This document shows positions 51,796 through 62,366 of a stretch of 64,000 nt of DNA, piece by piece (the stretch's first letter is position 1; the number at the start of each line of letters is the position of its first letter). The stretch comes from an uncultured Bacilli bacterium. GTDB taxonomy: Bacteria > Bacillota_I > Bacilli_A > RF39 > UBA660. The notes under the pieces were generated by a model that saw only the letters and a list, made by a program, of their open reading frames with translations, was not told where the DNA came from and did no database searches. The stretch lies in contig CALVYA010000006.1 of assembly GCA_944371905.1 (NCBI GenBank), positions 5,358 through 69,357 on the forward strand, in the 5' to 3' direction. The translations under genes and the position numbers were made by a program.

Positions 51796-52155
51796 ATGAA
51801 AAAAGTAAATATAGTGAAAGAAAATAAAGATTTTTCTAGAATTATAAATAATGGAAAAAAATGTTGGAATGATGTTTTTTCTATATATTATAGTATGAAT
51901 GATAAAGAAAATTATAGATTTGGTATTTCTGTAAGTAAAAAAATAGGAAATGCTGTAACTAGAAATAAAATAAAAAGACAAATGAGAAATATCGTGGATA
52001 AGTACAAAAATATCTACCCAAACAATCAAGATTATATTATAATAATAAGGAAGAACTACATTAATTTAACTTTTTATGAAGTAAGAGATAAATATATTGA
52101 ATTAATGAAAAAAATAACGCACATAAAGGAGAAAAAAGATGAAGAAAAAAAATAA
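51796..52155 (+). CDS. rnpA: RNase P protein component
   Basis: RFGISVSKKIGNAVTRNKIKR. Confidence 0.95.
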   Translation: MKKVNIVKENKDFSRIINNGKKCWNDVFSIYYSMNDKENYRFGISVSKKIGNAVTRNKIKRQMRNIVDKYKNIYPNNQDYIIIIRKNYINLTFYEVRDKYIELMKKITHIKEKKDEEKK

Positions 52156-53074
52156 TAAAATCAAAATAATAATATTAATTTTATTAGTATTATTTTCAAC
52201 AGGATGTACCAAAGTATTAAAAGATCCTGAAGATAAAAAAGCTGTTACTAATCCTACTACAGGTCAAAGTTTAACCGAGAATATATTATGTCAGCCAGAA
52301 GATGAAGAAACTATAAAAGCTTATGAGAAATATAAAGATATTGTAGATATTTCTAAATTGCCAACATGTCAAAATTTTCAAATTAACTCAGGTGGATATG
52401 AAGGATTATGGGATAGTATTTTTGTAAAACCATTAGCTTGGGTAATTATTCAAATAGGTAATTTTGTAAAAAGTTATGGATTATCATTGATTATTACTAG
52501 TTTGTTAATTAGATTAATAGCTTTTCCTATTACTAAGAAAACAGCTATCCAATCAGAATTGATCAGTAAAGCTAAACCAGAGTTAGATAAATTAGAAAAA
52601 AAATACAAAGATAAAACAGATCAAGCTTCGCTTATGAAGAAAAGTCAAGAAATGACTATGATTTATAAGAAATATAACATAAATCCAGTTGCTGGATGTT
52701 TATATGCATTTTTACAGATTCCTTTATTTATAGCATTTTTAGAAGCAATTAACAGAGTGCCAGCAATTTTTGAAGAAAAGTTTATTGGATTTCAATTAGG
52801 AACAACTCCTTTAGTAGGATTACAAAATGATAATTTTATATATATAATTATTATTGTTTTAGTTGGATTATCTACTTACTTCTCATTTAAATTGAATTCA
52901 ACCGCAACCGATATCAACGGTCAATCTAGTATGATTAATAAAGTTATGGTATTAACAATAGTATTTATGTCATTATTCATGTCATCTGCATTAGGCATTT
53001 ATTGGATAACAACAAATCTATTTACTATAGGACAAAATTTATTAGTTAAAAGGAGTAAAGCGTTAAATGGATAA
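52139..53074 (+). CDS. yidC: YidC/SpoIIIJ membrane protein insertase (lipoprotein)
   Basis: Lipobox STGC, INPVAGCL..QIP, LGIYW. Confidence 0.9.
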   Translation: MKKKNNKIKIIILILLVLFSTGCTKVLKDPEDKKAVTNPTTGQSLTENILCQPEDEETIKAYEKYKDIVDISKLPTCQNFQINSGGYEGLWDSIFVKPLAWVIIQIGNFVKSYGLSLIITSLLIRLIAFPITKKTAIQSELISKAKPELDKLEKKYKDKTDQASLMKKSQEMTMIYKKYNINPVAGCLYAFLQIPLFIAFLEAINRVPAIFEEKFIGFQLGTTPLVGLQNDNFIYIIIIVLVGLSTYFSFKLNSTATDINGQSSMINKVMVLTIVFMSLFMSSALGIYWITTNLFTIGQNLLVKRSKALNG

Positions 53075-53675
53075 GTATGTATATAATGGAAAAACAAAAG
53101 AAGAAGCACTAGAAAAAGCATTAAATGATTTAAATGTTTTAGAAAAAGAAGTTTTGATAAAAGACAAAGAACAAAAAGTAGGTTTATTTAAAAATAAGCG
53201 TATTGATTTAGAAGTCATTAAGAAAAATGATATAATTGAAGAATTAAAAAAATTTATAAAAAATATAACTAAATTAATGGGAATTGAAGTAAATATAGAA
53301 CAAAAAATTAGAAACGATGATGTTACTATTACATTATATAGTGATAATAATAATATTCTGATAGGAAAAAATGGACGAACATTAGAAGCAATTAGTATGG
53401 TAGCTAAACAATATATTTATAATGAAACGGGATATAATTTTAGATTTTTATTAGATGTTGGAGAATATAAATTAAAACATCAAAAAAATATTGAATATTT
53501 AGCTAAAAAAATAGCTAAAGAAGTAGCTACTACTAAAATAGAAGCTAAATTAGATCCAATGAATTCATACGAAAGAAGAATTGTTCATAGTGTTTTATCT
53601 GATAATGATAAAGTATATACAGAAAGTATGGGAGAAGAACCAAATAGGGCGGTAGTAATTAAACCAAGAGATTAA
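53067..53675 (+). CDS. jag: Jag/KhpB RNA-binding protein
   Basis: KH motif LIGKNGRTL, R3H motif ERRIVH. Confidence 0.93.
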   Translation: MDKYVYNGKTKEEALEKALNDLNVLEKEVLIKDKEQKVGLFKNKRIDLEVIKKNDIIEELKKFIKNITKLMGIEVNIEQKIRNDDVTITLYSDNNNILIGKNGRTLEAISMVAKQYIYNETGYNFRFLLDVGEYKLKHQKNIEYLAKKIAKEVATTKIEAKLDPMNSYERRIVHSVLSDNDKVYTESMGEEPNRAVVIKPRD

Positions 53676-53752
53676 TATCTCTTTTTTTCTTGAAATACTT
53701 GAAAAAATGATAAATATGTTATAATCTATATAAGCAAAAAAGGGGTGATATC

Positions 53753-55105
53753 ATGAATGATACGATTGCTGCTATATCTACTGCTTTGGGAGTAGGAGCT
53801 ATTTCTATAGTAAGGCTTAGTGGAAAAGATGCTATATCTATTACTAATTCTATTTTTAAAGGAAAAGATTTAAATAATGTTAATAGCCATACTATTAATT
53901 ACGGTCATATCGTTGATAATGATAAAGTGATTGATGAGGTATTAGTTAGTATTATGAGATCACCTAAAACTTATACTTGTGAAGATATAGTTGAAATAAA
54001 TTGTCATGGCGGAATCGCAACTACTAATAAAATTTTGGAGTTGGTTTTATTAAATGGGGCAAGATTAGCAGAGCCTGGAGAATTTACTAAAAGAGCTTTT
54101 TTAAATGGAAGAATCGATTTAATAGAAGCGGAATCTGTTATGGATTTAATTGATGCTAAAACAGAAGAAGCTAGAAAATTGTCTATTAATCAATTGGAAG
54201 GAAAAGTAAGTACTATTATTCGTAATTTTAGACAAAAACTGTTGGAACTTTTAGCTAGTATTGAAGTAAATATAGATTATCCAGAATATGAAGATATTGA
54301 GGTTATTACTAATGAAAACATAAGAAAAGAAATTTCTAATATCAAAGAAGAATTAAATAAAATAATTATGGAGTCTGAAAATGGTAAAATTATAAAAAAA
54401 GGAATTAAAGTTGCAATAGTGGGTCGTCCTAACGTGGGAAAAAGTAGTATTTTAAATAGATTATTAAATGAAGAAAAAGCAATCGTTACGGATATTGAGG
54501 GAACTACAAGAGATATTGTTGAAGGAGAAGTAAGTATTTCAGGAATTCTATTTAGATTTGTTGATACTGCTGGAATCCGAGAAGCAAAAGATTTAGCAGA
54601 AAAAATTGGAATAGAGCGTAGTAAAAATGAAATTTTTAATTCTGATTTAGTTTTAATGGTTTTAAATAATAATGAAAACATAAAAGAAGAAGATAAAAAT
54701 TTGATTAACAAATTACCAAAAAATTCTTTAATTGTTATTAATAAAAATGATTTATGTTCTAATATAGATACTGAATTTTTAAAAGATCGTGATGTTATAT
54801 ATATCGATACAGTCAATATAGATGGTATTGAACCATTAAAGAATAAATTAATTGAGATGTTTAATTTGGAGAAAATAAATAATAGTGACTATACTTATAT
54901 GAGTAATGCTAGACAAATATCTTTAGCAAAGGAAGCCTATAATATAATTAATGATGTAGAATTAGGTTTAAAAAATGAAGTACCAACGGATTTAATAGAA
55001 ATAGATATTAAACGTATATGGGAAAAACTAGGTGAAATATTGGGAGAAAGTTATTCAGAGGAATTAATTGATCAGTTATTTACTCAGTTTTGTCTTGGAA
55101 AATAG
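53753..55105 (+). CDS. mnmE: tRNA modification GTPase
   Basis: GRPNVGKSS, GTTRD, DTAG, FCLGK. Confidence 0.97.
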   Translation: MNDTIAAISTALGVGAISIVRLSGKDAISITNSIFKGKDLNNVNSHTINYGHIVDNDKVIDEVLVSIMRSPKTYTCEDIVEINCHGGIATTNKILELVLLNGARLAEPGEFTKRAFLNGRIDLIEAESVMDLIDAKTEEARKLSINQLEGKVSTIIRNFRQKLLELLASIEVNIDYPEYEDIEVITNENIRKEISNIKEELNKIIMESENGKIIKKGIKVAIVGRPNVGKSSILNRLLNEEKAIVTDIEGTTRDIVEGEVSISGILFRFVDTAGIREAKDLAEKIGIERSKNEIFNSDLVLMVLNNNENIKEEDKNLINKLPKNSLIVINKNDLCSNIDTEFLKDRDVIYIDTVNIDGIEPLKNKLIEMFNLEKINNSDYTYMSNARQISLAKEAYNIINDVELGLKNEVPTDLIEIDIKRIWEKLGEILGESYSEELIDQLFTQFCLGK

Positions 55106-55108
55106 GAA

Positions 55109-56986
55109 GTGATAAATATGAAATTTGATGTTATTGTCGTAGGAGGAGGTCATGCTGGATGTGAAGCTTGTTTAGCATGTGCTAGAAAAAATAAAAAGAC
55201 TCTTCTTATCACTAGTAATAAAGAAAATATTGCGGATATGCCATGTAATCCTTCTATAGGAGGACCAGCTAAAGGTATTGTCGTTCGTGAAATCTCTGCT
55301 TTAGGTGGAGAAATGGCTAATAATATTGATAAAAGTTTTTTGCAAATGAAAATGTTAAATACGAAAAAAGGCCCTGCAGTAAGAGCTTTAAGAGCACAAG
55401 CAGATAAAATAAGTTATAAACAAGAAATGATAAAAACTTTAGAAAGTACTCCAAACTTGACTATTATGGAAGGAATGGTTGAAGATTTAATTATTGAAAA
55501 TAATACTATAAAAGGAATCGTACTAGAGGATAACAGTAAAATTTTTTCTAATTGTGTAATTCTTACTACAGGAACTTATTTAAAAGGAGTTATTTTATAC
55601 GGATCAACTAAAATAGAAAGTGGTCCACATGAGGAAAGACCTTCTAAATTTTTAAGTGATAATTTAAAAAAATTAGGATTTAAAATAAAAAGATTAAAAA
55701 CTGGCACACCTCCTAGAATAGAGAAGAGTAGTATTGATTTTAGCAAAGCTGTTTTACAACCAGGAGATTGTGAAAAACATTATTTTTCTTTCTTTAATAA
55801 TCAAGATTATAATGTAGATGACCAGTTACCTTGTTATTTAATATATACTACTCCATTGACTCATCAAATAATAAAAGAAAACTTATCAAAGTCTAGTATG
55901 TATGGAGGATATGTAGAAGGTATTGGTCCTAGATATTGTCCTTCGATCGAAGATAAAATAGTAAGATTTGCTGATAAAGAACGTCATCAATTATTTTTAG
56001 AACCTGAAAGTATATATTACGACGATATCTACATTCAAGGTTTTTCAACTAGTATGCCACATGATGTTCAAGAAAGAATGGTTCATAGTTTGCCTGGACT
56101 TGAAAATGCAATCATAAATAAATATGCTTATGCTATTGAGTATGATGCAATAGATTCTACACAGTTAAAACCTACTTTGGAGACAAAATTAATAAAAAAT
56201 TTGTATACTGCTGGTCAAATTAATGGTACTAGTGGATATGAAGAAGCTGCATGTCAAGGATTAATGGCCGCTATCAATGTTTGTTTAAAGTTAGATAATA
56301 AGGAACCCTTAATTTTAAAAAGAAATGAAGCTTATATTGGAGTACTTATTGATGATTTAATTACAAAAGGTGTTATTGATCCTTATCGTTTGTTAACATC
56401 ACGAGCTGAATATAGATTATTATTAAGACATGATAATGCTGATTTAAGATTAATGGATTATGGATATCAAGTAGGGTTAATAAGTGAAGAAGATTATCGT
56501 TTATTTTGTGAAAAAAGAGATAGCATTAATAAATTGTTACAAAATTTAAAAAATTATCTTCTAAATCCTACTATAGAAAATAATAAGTTTTTAACTAGCA
56601 TAGGAACTCAAGAAATAGTTACAACGACATCCTTATATGACTTATTAAAAAGACCAGAAATAGAAATTAATCAATTTAAAGATTTGATTGATCTAAACTA
56701 TACTAATGAAGTATTAGAACAAGTGACTATTAATGTTAAATATGAAGGGTACATAAAAAAAGCTAATAAGGAAGCTTTAAAAATGTTAGAATATGAAAAT
56801 ATAAAGATACCAGAGGGGATTGATTATAATTTAGTTCATAATATTGCAAAAGAAGCAAAACAAAAATTAAGCGAAATAAGACCAACTTCTATTGGTCAAG
56901 CTATGAGAATTAGTGGAGTAAATCCTGCTGATATTACTATGTTAATGGTTTATTTGAAAAGGAATAAGGTCAATGAAGAGAGATGA
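55109..56986 (+). CDS. mnmG: tRNA uridine-34 modification enzyme GidA
   Basis: GGGHAGCEA, CNPSIGG, GPRYCPSIEDK, GQINGTSGYEEA. Confidence 0.97.
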   Translation: MINMKFDVIVVGGGHAGCEACLACARKNKKTLLITSNKENIADMPCNPSIGGPAKGIVVREISALGGEMANNIDKSFLQMKMLNTKKGPAVRALRAQADKISYKQEMIKTLESTPNLTIMEGMVEDLIIENNTIKGIVLEDNSKIFSNCVILTTGTYLKGVILYGSTKIESGPHEERPSKFLSDNLKKLGFKIKRLKTGTPPRIEKSSIDFSKAVLQPGDCEKHYFSFFNNQDYNVDDQLPCYLIYTTPLTHQIIKENLSKSSMYGGYVEGIGPRYCPSIEDKIVRFADKERHQLFLEPESIYYDDIYIQGFSTSMPHDVQERMVHSLPGLENAIINKYAYAIEYDAIDSTQLKPTLETKLIKNLYTAGQINGTSGYEEAACQGLMAAINVCLKLDNKEPLILKRNEAYIGVLIDDLITKGVIDPYRLLTSRAEYRLLLRHDNADLRLMDYGYQVGLISEEDYRLFCEKRDSINKLLQNLKNYLLNPTIENNKFLTSIGTQEIVTTTSLYDLLKRPEIEINQFKDLIDLNYTNEVLEQVTINVKYEGYIKKANKEALKMLEYENIKIPEGIDYNLVHNIAKEAKQKLSEIRPTSIGQAMRISGVNPADITMLMVYLKRNKVNEER

Positions 56987-57677
56987 GTTTTTAAAAGAGA
57001 TAGATAAATTAGGTATTACTCTTAATGAGAGACAGCTAAATCAACTAGAGAAGTTTTATAAATTATTAATTGAATGGAATCAAAAAATTAATTTGACAAC
57101 TATTATTTCTGAAGAAGAAGTTTATTTGAAACATTTTTATGATAGTTTGACCTTAGTGAAAGAAATTAATTTAGATCAAAAATTAAAATTATGTGATGTA
57201 GGAAGTGGAGCAGGATTTCCGGGTATAGTTTTAAAAATTTGTTTTCCAAAATTAGAAATAGTTTTAGTTGAAGCACTACAAAAAAGAGTAAACTATTTAA
57301 ATGACATCATAAAAAAAATAGGATTGACTGACATTATAGCGATACATGCTAGAATGGAAGACTTTTCAAGAGTTAATGAAGAAAAATTTGATATGATTAC
57401 AGCAAGAGCGGTAGCTAATCTCAATGTTTTGTTGGAAATAAGTGTAAGAGCCTTAAAAATAAAAGGACAAATGATTTTTATGAAAGCAAATTGTGAAGAA
57501 GAAATTAATCATAGTAGACAAGCTTTAAATAAATTATCTTGTAATATAGTTCATATAAATAAGTTTAAATTGCCCATAGAAAATAGTAAGAGAACAATAA
57601 TTACTGTTGTAAAACAAGAAAAAACAAAGAACATTTATCCAAGAACTATTGATAAAATCAAAAAGAATCCATTGTAA
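56973..57677 (+). CDS. rsmG: 16S rRNA m7G527 methyltransferase
   Basis: KHFYDSL, DVGSGAGFPG, ARAVA. Confidence 0.96.
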   Translation: MKRDEFLKEIDKLGITLNERQLNQLEKFYKLLIEWNQKINLTTIISEEEVYLKHFYDSLTLVKEINLDQKLKLCDVGSGAGFPGIVLKICFPKLEIVLVEALQKRVNYLNDIIKKIGLTDIIAIHARMEDFSRVNEEKFDMITARAVANLNVLLEISVRALKIKGQMIFMKANCEEEINHSRQALNKLSCNIVHINKFKLPIENSKRTIITVVKQEKTKNIYPRTIDKIKKNPL

Positions 57678-57714
57678 AAATATAGTTATGCAAATTATAA
57701 CTATATTTTATTTT
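57677..57714 (+). terminator. Probable terminator between rsmG and noc
   Basis: AAAATATAGTTAT...ATAACTATATTTT inverted repeat. Confidence 0.55.
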
Positions 57715-57795
57715 AATTTTACATTGTAAAATATTGAAAAATATTATATAATTTATTATAAAGTAAGAAAGAATAAAGTAGGAGGGTATAAATAT

Positions 57796-58794
57796 ATGGA
57801 AAATGAAATAGTTTATTTATACTTAGATGATATTATACCTAATAGATTTCAACCTCGTGAAGTTTTTGATGATAAAGCATTAAAAGAATTAGCAGTGTCC
57901 ATTAGAGAACATGGTGTTATTCAACCAATTATTGTTAGAAAAATAGGGACTAAATATGAAATAATTGCAGGAGAACGTCGTTATAAAGCTTCAACTATGG
58001 TAGGATTAACAAAAATTCCAGCTATAATTAGAAATCTTGATGATAAAGAAAGTTCTAAAGTAGCTCTTATTGAAAATTTGCAAAGAAAAGACTTAACTGC
58101 TATAGAAGAAGCAAGAACATATCAAAAAATTTTAGATATTGATAATATGACGCAAGAAGAATTAGCTAAAACTATGGGAAAATCTCAATCTGCGATTTCT
58201 AATAAATTGCGTTTATTAACTTTATCTAACAAAATACAAGACGCTTTATTGAATGAAAAAATATCAGAAAGACATGCTAGAGCTCTATTAAATGTTGATT
58301 CTGAAGAAGAACGTGATAGATTAACTGATTTAATTATTGAAAAACGTCTTTCTGTTAAAGATTTAGAGAATTTAGTAAAAGAAGAACAAAAGAAAAAAGA
58401 TGAGATTAAAACTTCATCGAGTGAAAAAGTAGAAAAAGAAGATACAGTAATTGATAATAGTAAAGTAGAAACTAAAAATAACGAAAATAATTATCCAAGA
58501 ATTAAATTAGATGATCTTTTAAAAGATATTATTAAGGAAGAGGATAAACCTTTAGAAAAAGAAAAAGATTCTGATATAGAAATGTTAGATTTATCAGAAC
58601 CTGATGAAAATTATTATTCTTTTAAAGGATTAAAGGAAGTTACTAACGCTAGTAATAGTATAGATAAATGTATAAATATGATAAGAGATACAATTAAAGA
58701 AATCGAAAACAAAGGATATCAAGTTAAATTTGATGAATTAGATTTAGAAAATAAGCATCGTTTTATTATAGAGATTGAAAAAAGAGAAGAATAA
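57796..58794 (+). CDS. noc: Nucleoid occlusion protein Noc (ParB paralogue) without N-terminal amphipathic helix
   Basis: PNRFQPR, GERR CTPase box, Noc-type HTH GKSQSAISNKLR and ERHARAL; located between rsmG and soj. Confidence 0.85.
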   Translation: MENEIVYLYLDDIIPNRFQPREVFDDKALKELAVSIREHGVIQPIIVRKIGTKYEIIAGERRYKASTMVGLTKIPAIIRNLDDKESSKVALIENLQRKDLTAIEEARTYQKILDIDNMTQEELAKTMGKSQSAISNKLRLLTLSNKIQDALLNEKISERHARALLNVDSEEERDRLTDLIIEKRLSVKDLENLVKEEQKKKDEIKTSSSEKVEKEDTVIDNSKVETKNNENNYPRIKLDDLLKDIIKEEDKPLEKEKDSDIEMLDLSEPDENYYSFKGLKEVTNASNSIDKCINMIRDTIKEIENKGYQVKFDELDLENKHRFIIEIEKREE

Positions 58795-58898
58795 AATAAA
58801 AGGTAGATTTTCTATCTTTTTTTATTGAAAAACATTTAAAAAAGTTATATTTTTTGATAGAATAGTATTTGTCAAGAATTATTGAAAAGGGTGATAGG

Positions 58899-59687
58899 AT
58901 GGGAAAGGTAATTTCTTTGGTAAATCAAAAAGGTGGAGTTGGAAAAACAACGACAAGTATTAATCTTTCAGCATCTTTAGCGGTATTAGGGAAAAATGTA
59001 TTATTAATCGATTTAGATCCTCAAGGAAATACAACGACAGGTATAGGTATTAATAAAGGAGATATCGATAAAAGTATTTATGATGTATTAATTGATCAAT
59101 GTTCAATCAACGAAGCTATTCTTGCCACTAGATATAAGAGATTATTTTTATTACCAGCTACTATCAATTTGGCTGGGATTGATATAGAATTGATGGAAAA
59201 GAGTAAAGATGAACCGACTTTTTCAAAAGGAAAACAATTAAAAATAAAACTAGATACAATAAAAGATAAATATGATTTTGTAATTATTGATTGTCCACCA
59301 TCATTAGGATTGATTACTACTAATGCATTGACAGCTTCAGATTCTGTTATTATTCCTGTTCAATGTGAATTTTTCGCTTTGGAAGGAATTATGCAGTTAT
59401 TGAATACTATTATGATGGCTCAGAAAAATTTAAATCCTAATTTAGATATCGAAGGAGTTTTATTAACTATGTTAGATTCAAGAACTAAATTGGGATTTGA
59501 AGTCGTAGAAGATATTAGGAAGTATTTTAAAGAGCGTGTTTATAATACAATTATTCCTAGATTAATAAGGTTAACAGAAGCTCCATCTCATGGTAAACCA
59601 ATAATTGCTTATGATCCAAAAAGTAAAGGAACAGAAGCTTACTTAAATTTAGCAAAGGAAGTGATTGAAAGAAATGGAAACAACTAA
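58899..59687 (+). CDS. soj: ParA/Soj ATPase
   Basis: NQKGGVGKTT, DLDPQGN, DCPPSLG, EAPSHG. Confidence 0.96.
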   Translation: MGKVISLVNQKGGVGKTTTSINLSASLAVLGKNVLLIDLDPQGNTTTGIGINKGDIDKSIYDVLIDQCSINEAILATRYKRLFLLPATINLAGIDIELMEKSKDEPTFSKGKQLKIKLDTIKDKYDFVIIDCPPSLGLITTNALTASDSVIIPVQCEFFALEGIMQLLNTIMMAQKNLNPNLDIEGVLLTMLDSRTKLGFEVVEDIRKYFKERVYNTIIPRLIRLTEAPSHGKPIIAYDPKSKGTEAYLNLAKEVIERNGNN

Positions 59688-60552
59688 AAGAAGAGCACTT
59701 GGTAAAGGATTAGAAGAATTGTTTAATAATGAGCAGTTAGATTTAAATAAATTTGAGAAACAAATAGTAGAATCAACACCAAAAGAAGAAATAATAGAAG
59801 TTAATATTAGTGATTTAAGACCAAATCCGTATCAACCAAGAAAAGTCTTTGATGAATCCAAATTGAATGAATTAGCTTCTTCTATTAAGGAGCATGGAGT
59901 TTTTCAACCAATAATAATTAAAAAAAGTGTTAAGGGATATGAAATAATTGCAGGAGAACGTCGTGTTAAAGCATCGGGTATAGCAGGGTTAGAAAAAATT
60001 CCTGCTATTGTTAGAAGTTTTACTGATGAAGAAATGATGGAAATAGCTCTACTTGAAAATTTGCAAAGAGAAAATTTAAATTCTATAGAAGAGGCAACAG
60101 CATATAAAAAGTTATTAGACAATTTATCTATTACACAGGAAGAGCTAGCTAATAAGTTAGGAAAAAGTAGAAGTCACATTACCAATATGTTAGGATTATT
60201 GTCATTACCTTCTGAAATTAAAGATATGATTAGTGAAAATAAAATTTCAATGAGTCATGCCAGAGTGCTAAGTAAAATTGAGGAAAAAGATAAAATATTA
60301 TCTTTAGCACAAAAAATAATAGATGAAAACTTAAATGTTAGAGAATTAGAAGAATTATCAAAAGATAAAGAAATCGTGAAAAAACATCATATGGAAAAGC
60401 ATAAAAATAATGAATATCATTATTTGGAAGAACAATTATGTGATAGGTTAGGCACAAAAGTAAAAATTAAATCTAATAAAATAGAAATTAAATTTAGTAA
60501 TGTTAACGATTTAAATAGAATATTAGAAATTTTAAGATTAACGGAAGAATAA
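59674..60552 (+). CDS. spo0J: ParB/Spo0J
   Basis: ALGKGL ParA-stimulating peptide, GERR, HTH GKSRSHITN. Confidence 0.95.
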   Translation: METTKRRALGKGLEELFNNEQLDLNKFEKQIVESTPKEEIIEVNISDLRPNPYQPRKVFDESKLNELASSIKEHGVFQPIIIKKSVKGYEIIAGERRVKASGIAGLEKIPAIVRSFTDEEMMEIALLENLQRENLNSIEEATAYKKLLDNLSITQEELANKLGKSRSHITNMLGLLSLPSEIKDMISENKISMSHARVLSKIEEKDKILSLAQKIIDENLNVRELEELSKDKEIVKKHHMEKHKNNEYHYLEEQLCDRLGTKVKIKSNKIEIKFSNVNDLNRILEILRLTEE

Positions 60553-60573
60553 AAACTATCTAGGAGTGATTTT

Positions 60574-60759
60574 ATGCAGGATAAAAGTTATGAGTTAGGA
60601 ACCATTGTAGAAATGAAAAAAGGTCACCCTTGTGGAGAAAATAAGTGGCAAGTAATTAGACTTGGAGCAGATATAAAGGTAAAATGTTTGAAATGTGGAA
60701 GAACAGTTATGATTCCTAGGATAGAATTTAATAAAAAAATAAAGAAGGTTATCGGTTAG
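60574..60759 (+). CDS. DUF951/YyzM family protein
   Basis: MKKGHPCG..W..R.GADIK..C..CG. Confidence 0.9.
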   Translation: MQDKSYELGTIVEMKKGHPCGENKWQVIRLGADIKVKCLKCGRTVMIPRIEFNKKIKKVIG

Positions 60760-60768
60760 GAGAAACAT

Positions 60769-62355
60769 ATGAGTACTAAAAAGAAAATGAGATTAAAAAA
60801 GTTTAGTTTCCATCCAATTACAACTTTTATATTATTAACTCTTGGAGTGATGATACTTAGTTGGATTTTATCTGCACTACAATTTCAAGCAACTTATACA
60901 ATAGTTCGTCCTGAAAACTTGGAATTAGAATCTGTTTTTGTTAGTGTTAAAAATTTATTAAATTTTGATGGAATTAAATATATTATAAGTAATGCTGCAA
61001 CTAATTTTGCATCATTTACTCCGTTAATAAGTTTATTAATAGCTTTAATAGGCTTATCTGTAGCTCATGCTTCGGGATTGATTGACACATTTATTAAAAG
61101 AGTGACATTAAATATAAGTAATAAGAAATTGACTTTTATTTTAATATTAGTAGCTATTTTTTCTAGTATTATTAATGATGTTGGATATGTTATTTTGATT
61201 CCTTTAGCGGCTTTATTATTTTTAGCCAATGGGAGAAGTCCATTATTAGGAATTGTAGCTGCCTTTTCTGGAGTAGCTTTTGGATATGGAACAACATTTT
61301 TTGTAGGTTCGATGGAAGTAAACCTTATTTCTTTAACCACATCTAGTGCTAGATTAATTGATCCGGAATTTCATGTAGGATTAACTTCCAATTTATTTAT
61401 CATGATAGCTTTTTCTATTGTTATGGCTATAGTAGGAACTATCGTTGTTGAAAATATTGTATTAAAAAAATTAGGACGATATAAATTATCGATGGAGGAG
61501 ACCCAGGAATTAGAAAAATTAACTTTTCCAATTGAAGAACAACAAAAAATAGCCTTAGAAATTAATGAAAAAAAAGGTTTAAGAAGTGCGTATATTGCTG
61601 GTATAGTAATAATACTATTATTTATTTATATGATTATTCCTGGACTTCCTGCTTCTGGTATGTTGCTAGATATGAACGAAAATACTTATTTGAATCAATT
61701 ATTTGGTCCTAATTCGTATTTTCAAGATGGTTTTACTTATATAGTTTCTATATTCTTTATTGTAACAGGAATAGCTTATGGTATGGGCGCAAAAACTTTA
61801 AAAAGTGATAAGCAATTAATTGAGAAAGCTTCAGAATATACTAAAAATATCGGAAGTTTAATAGTTTTATTGTTTTTTGCCTCACAATTTATTGCTGTTT
61901 TTAGAGAAACTAATATTGGAACCGTTTTGACTGCTACTGGAGCTAATCTTATCAAAGATTTGTCTTTTTCAGGATTACCATTGATTCTTTTAGTGTTAAT
62001 TATTATTTTAATATGTAATTTGTTCTTAACATCACCTGTTAGTAAATGGACGATTTTATCTCCAGTCGTAATACCATTGATGATGCAATCTAATATTTCA
62101 CCACAATTTGCTCAATTTATTTTGAGAGCTGGAGATTCTATAACTAAAGGAATTACTCCACTATTAGCATATTTTGTGATATATTTAGGATATTTAAATA
62201 TCTATAATAAAAATAGAGAGCCAATTACAATAAGAAAAGCAATTTCTTATGTAATGCCTTGTTGTTTAATTATGGGAATGACTTGGATTTTATTAATTGT
62301 AGGATGGTACTTAATAGGTTTACCAATAGGTCCTGGGGTATTTCCTACTTTATAG
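60769..62355 (+). CDS. AbgT-family transporter
   Basis: HPITTF, NFASFTPL, GRSPLLG, RAGDSITKGITPL, LPIGPG. Confidence 0.85.
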   Translation: MSTKKKMRLKKFSFHPITTFILLTLGVMILSWILSALQFQATYTIVRPENLELESVFVSVKNLLNFDGIKYIISNAATNFASFTPLISLLIALIGLSVAHASGLIDTFIKRVTLNISNKKLTFILILVAIFSSIINDVGYVILIPLAALLFLANGRSPLLGIVAAFSGVAFGYGTTFFVGSMEVNLISLTTSSARLIDPEFHVGLTSNLFIMIAFSIVMAIVGTIVVENIVLKKLGRYKLSMEETQELEKLTFPIEEQQKIALEINEKKGLRSAYIAGIVIILLFIYMIIPGLPASGMLLDMNENTYLNQLFGPNSYFQDGFTYIVSIFFIVTGIAYGMGAKTLKSDKQLIEKASEYTKNIGSLIVLLFFASQFIAVFRETNIGTVLTATGANLIKDLSFSGLPLILLVLIIILICNLFLTSPVSKWTILSPVVIPLMMQSNISPQFAQFILRAGDSITKGITPLLAYFVIYLGYLNIYNKNREPITIRKAISYVMPCCLIMGMTWILLIVGWYLIGLPIGPGVFPTL

Positions 62356-62366
62356 GAGGTTTTGAT

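Noticed and set aside
51697-52029. Minus-strand 110-aa ORF near oriC
   Set aside because: It is antisense to rpmH and rnpA and has no motif.
62259-62366. N-terminal extension of YchF
   Set aside because: It overlaps the abgT 3' end; the canonical MSLKAGIVG start with AGGAGG is at 62367.
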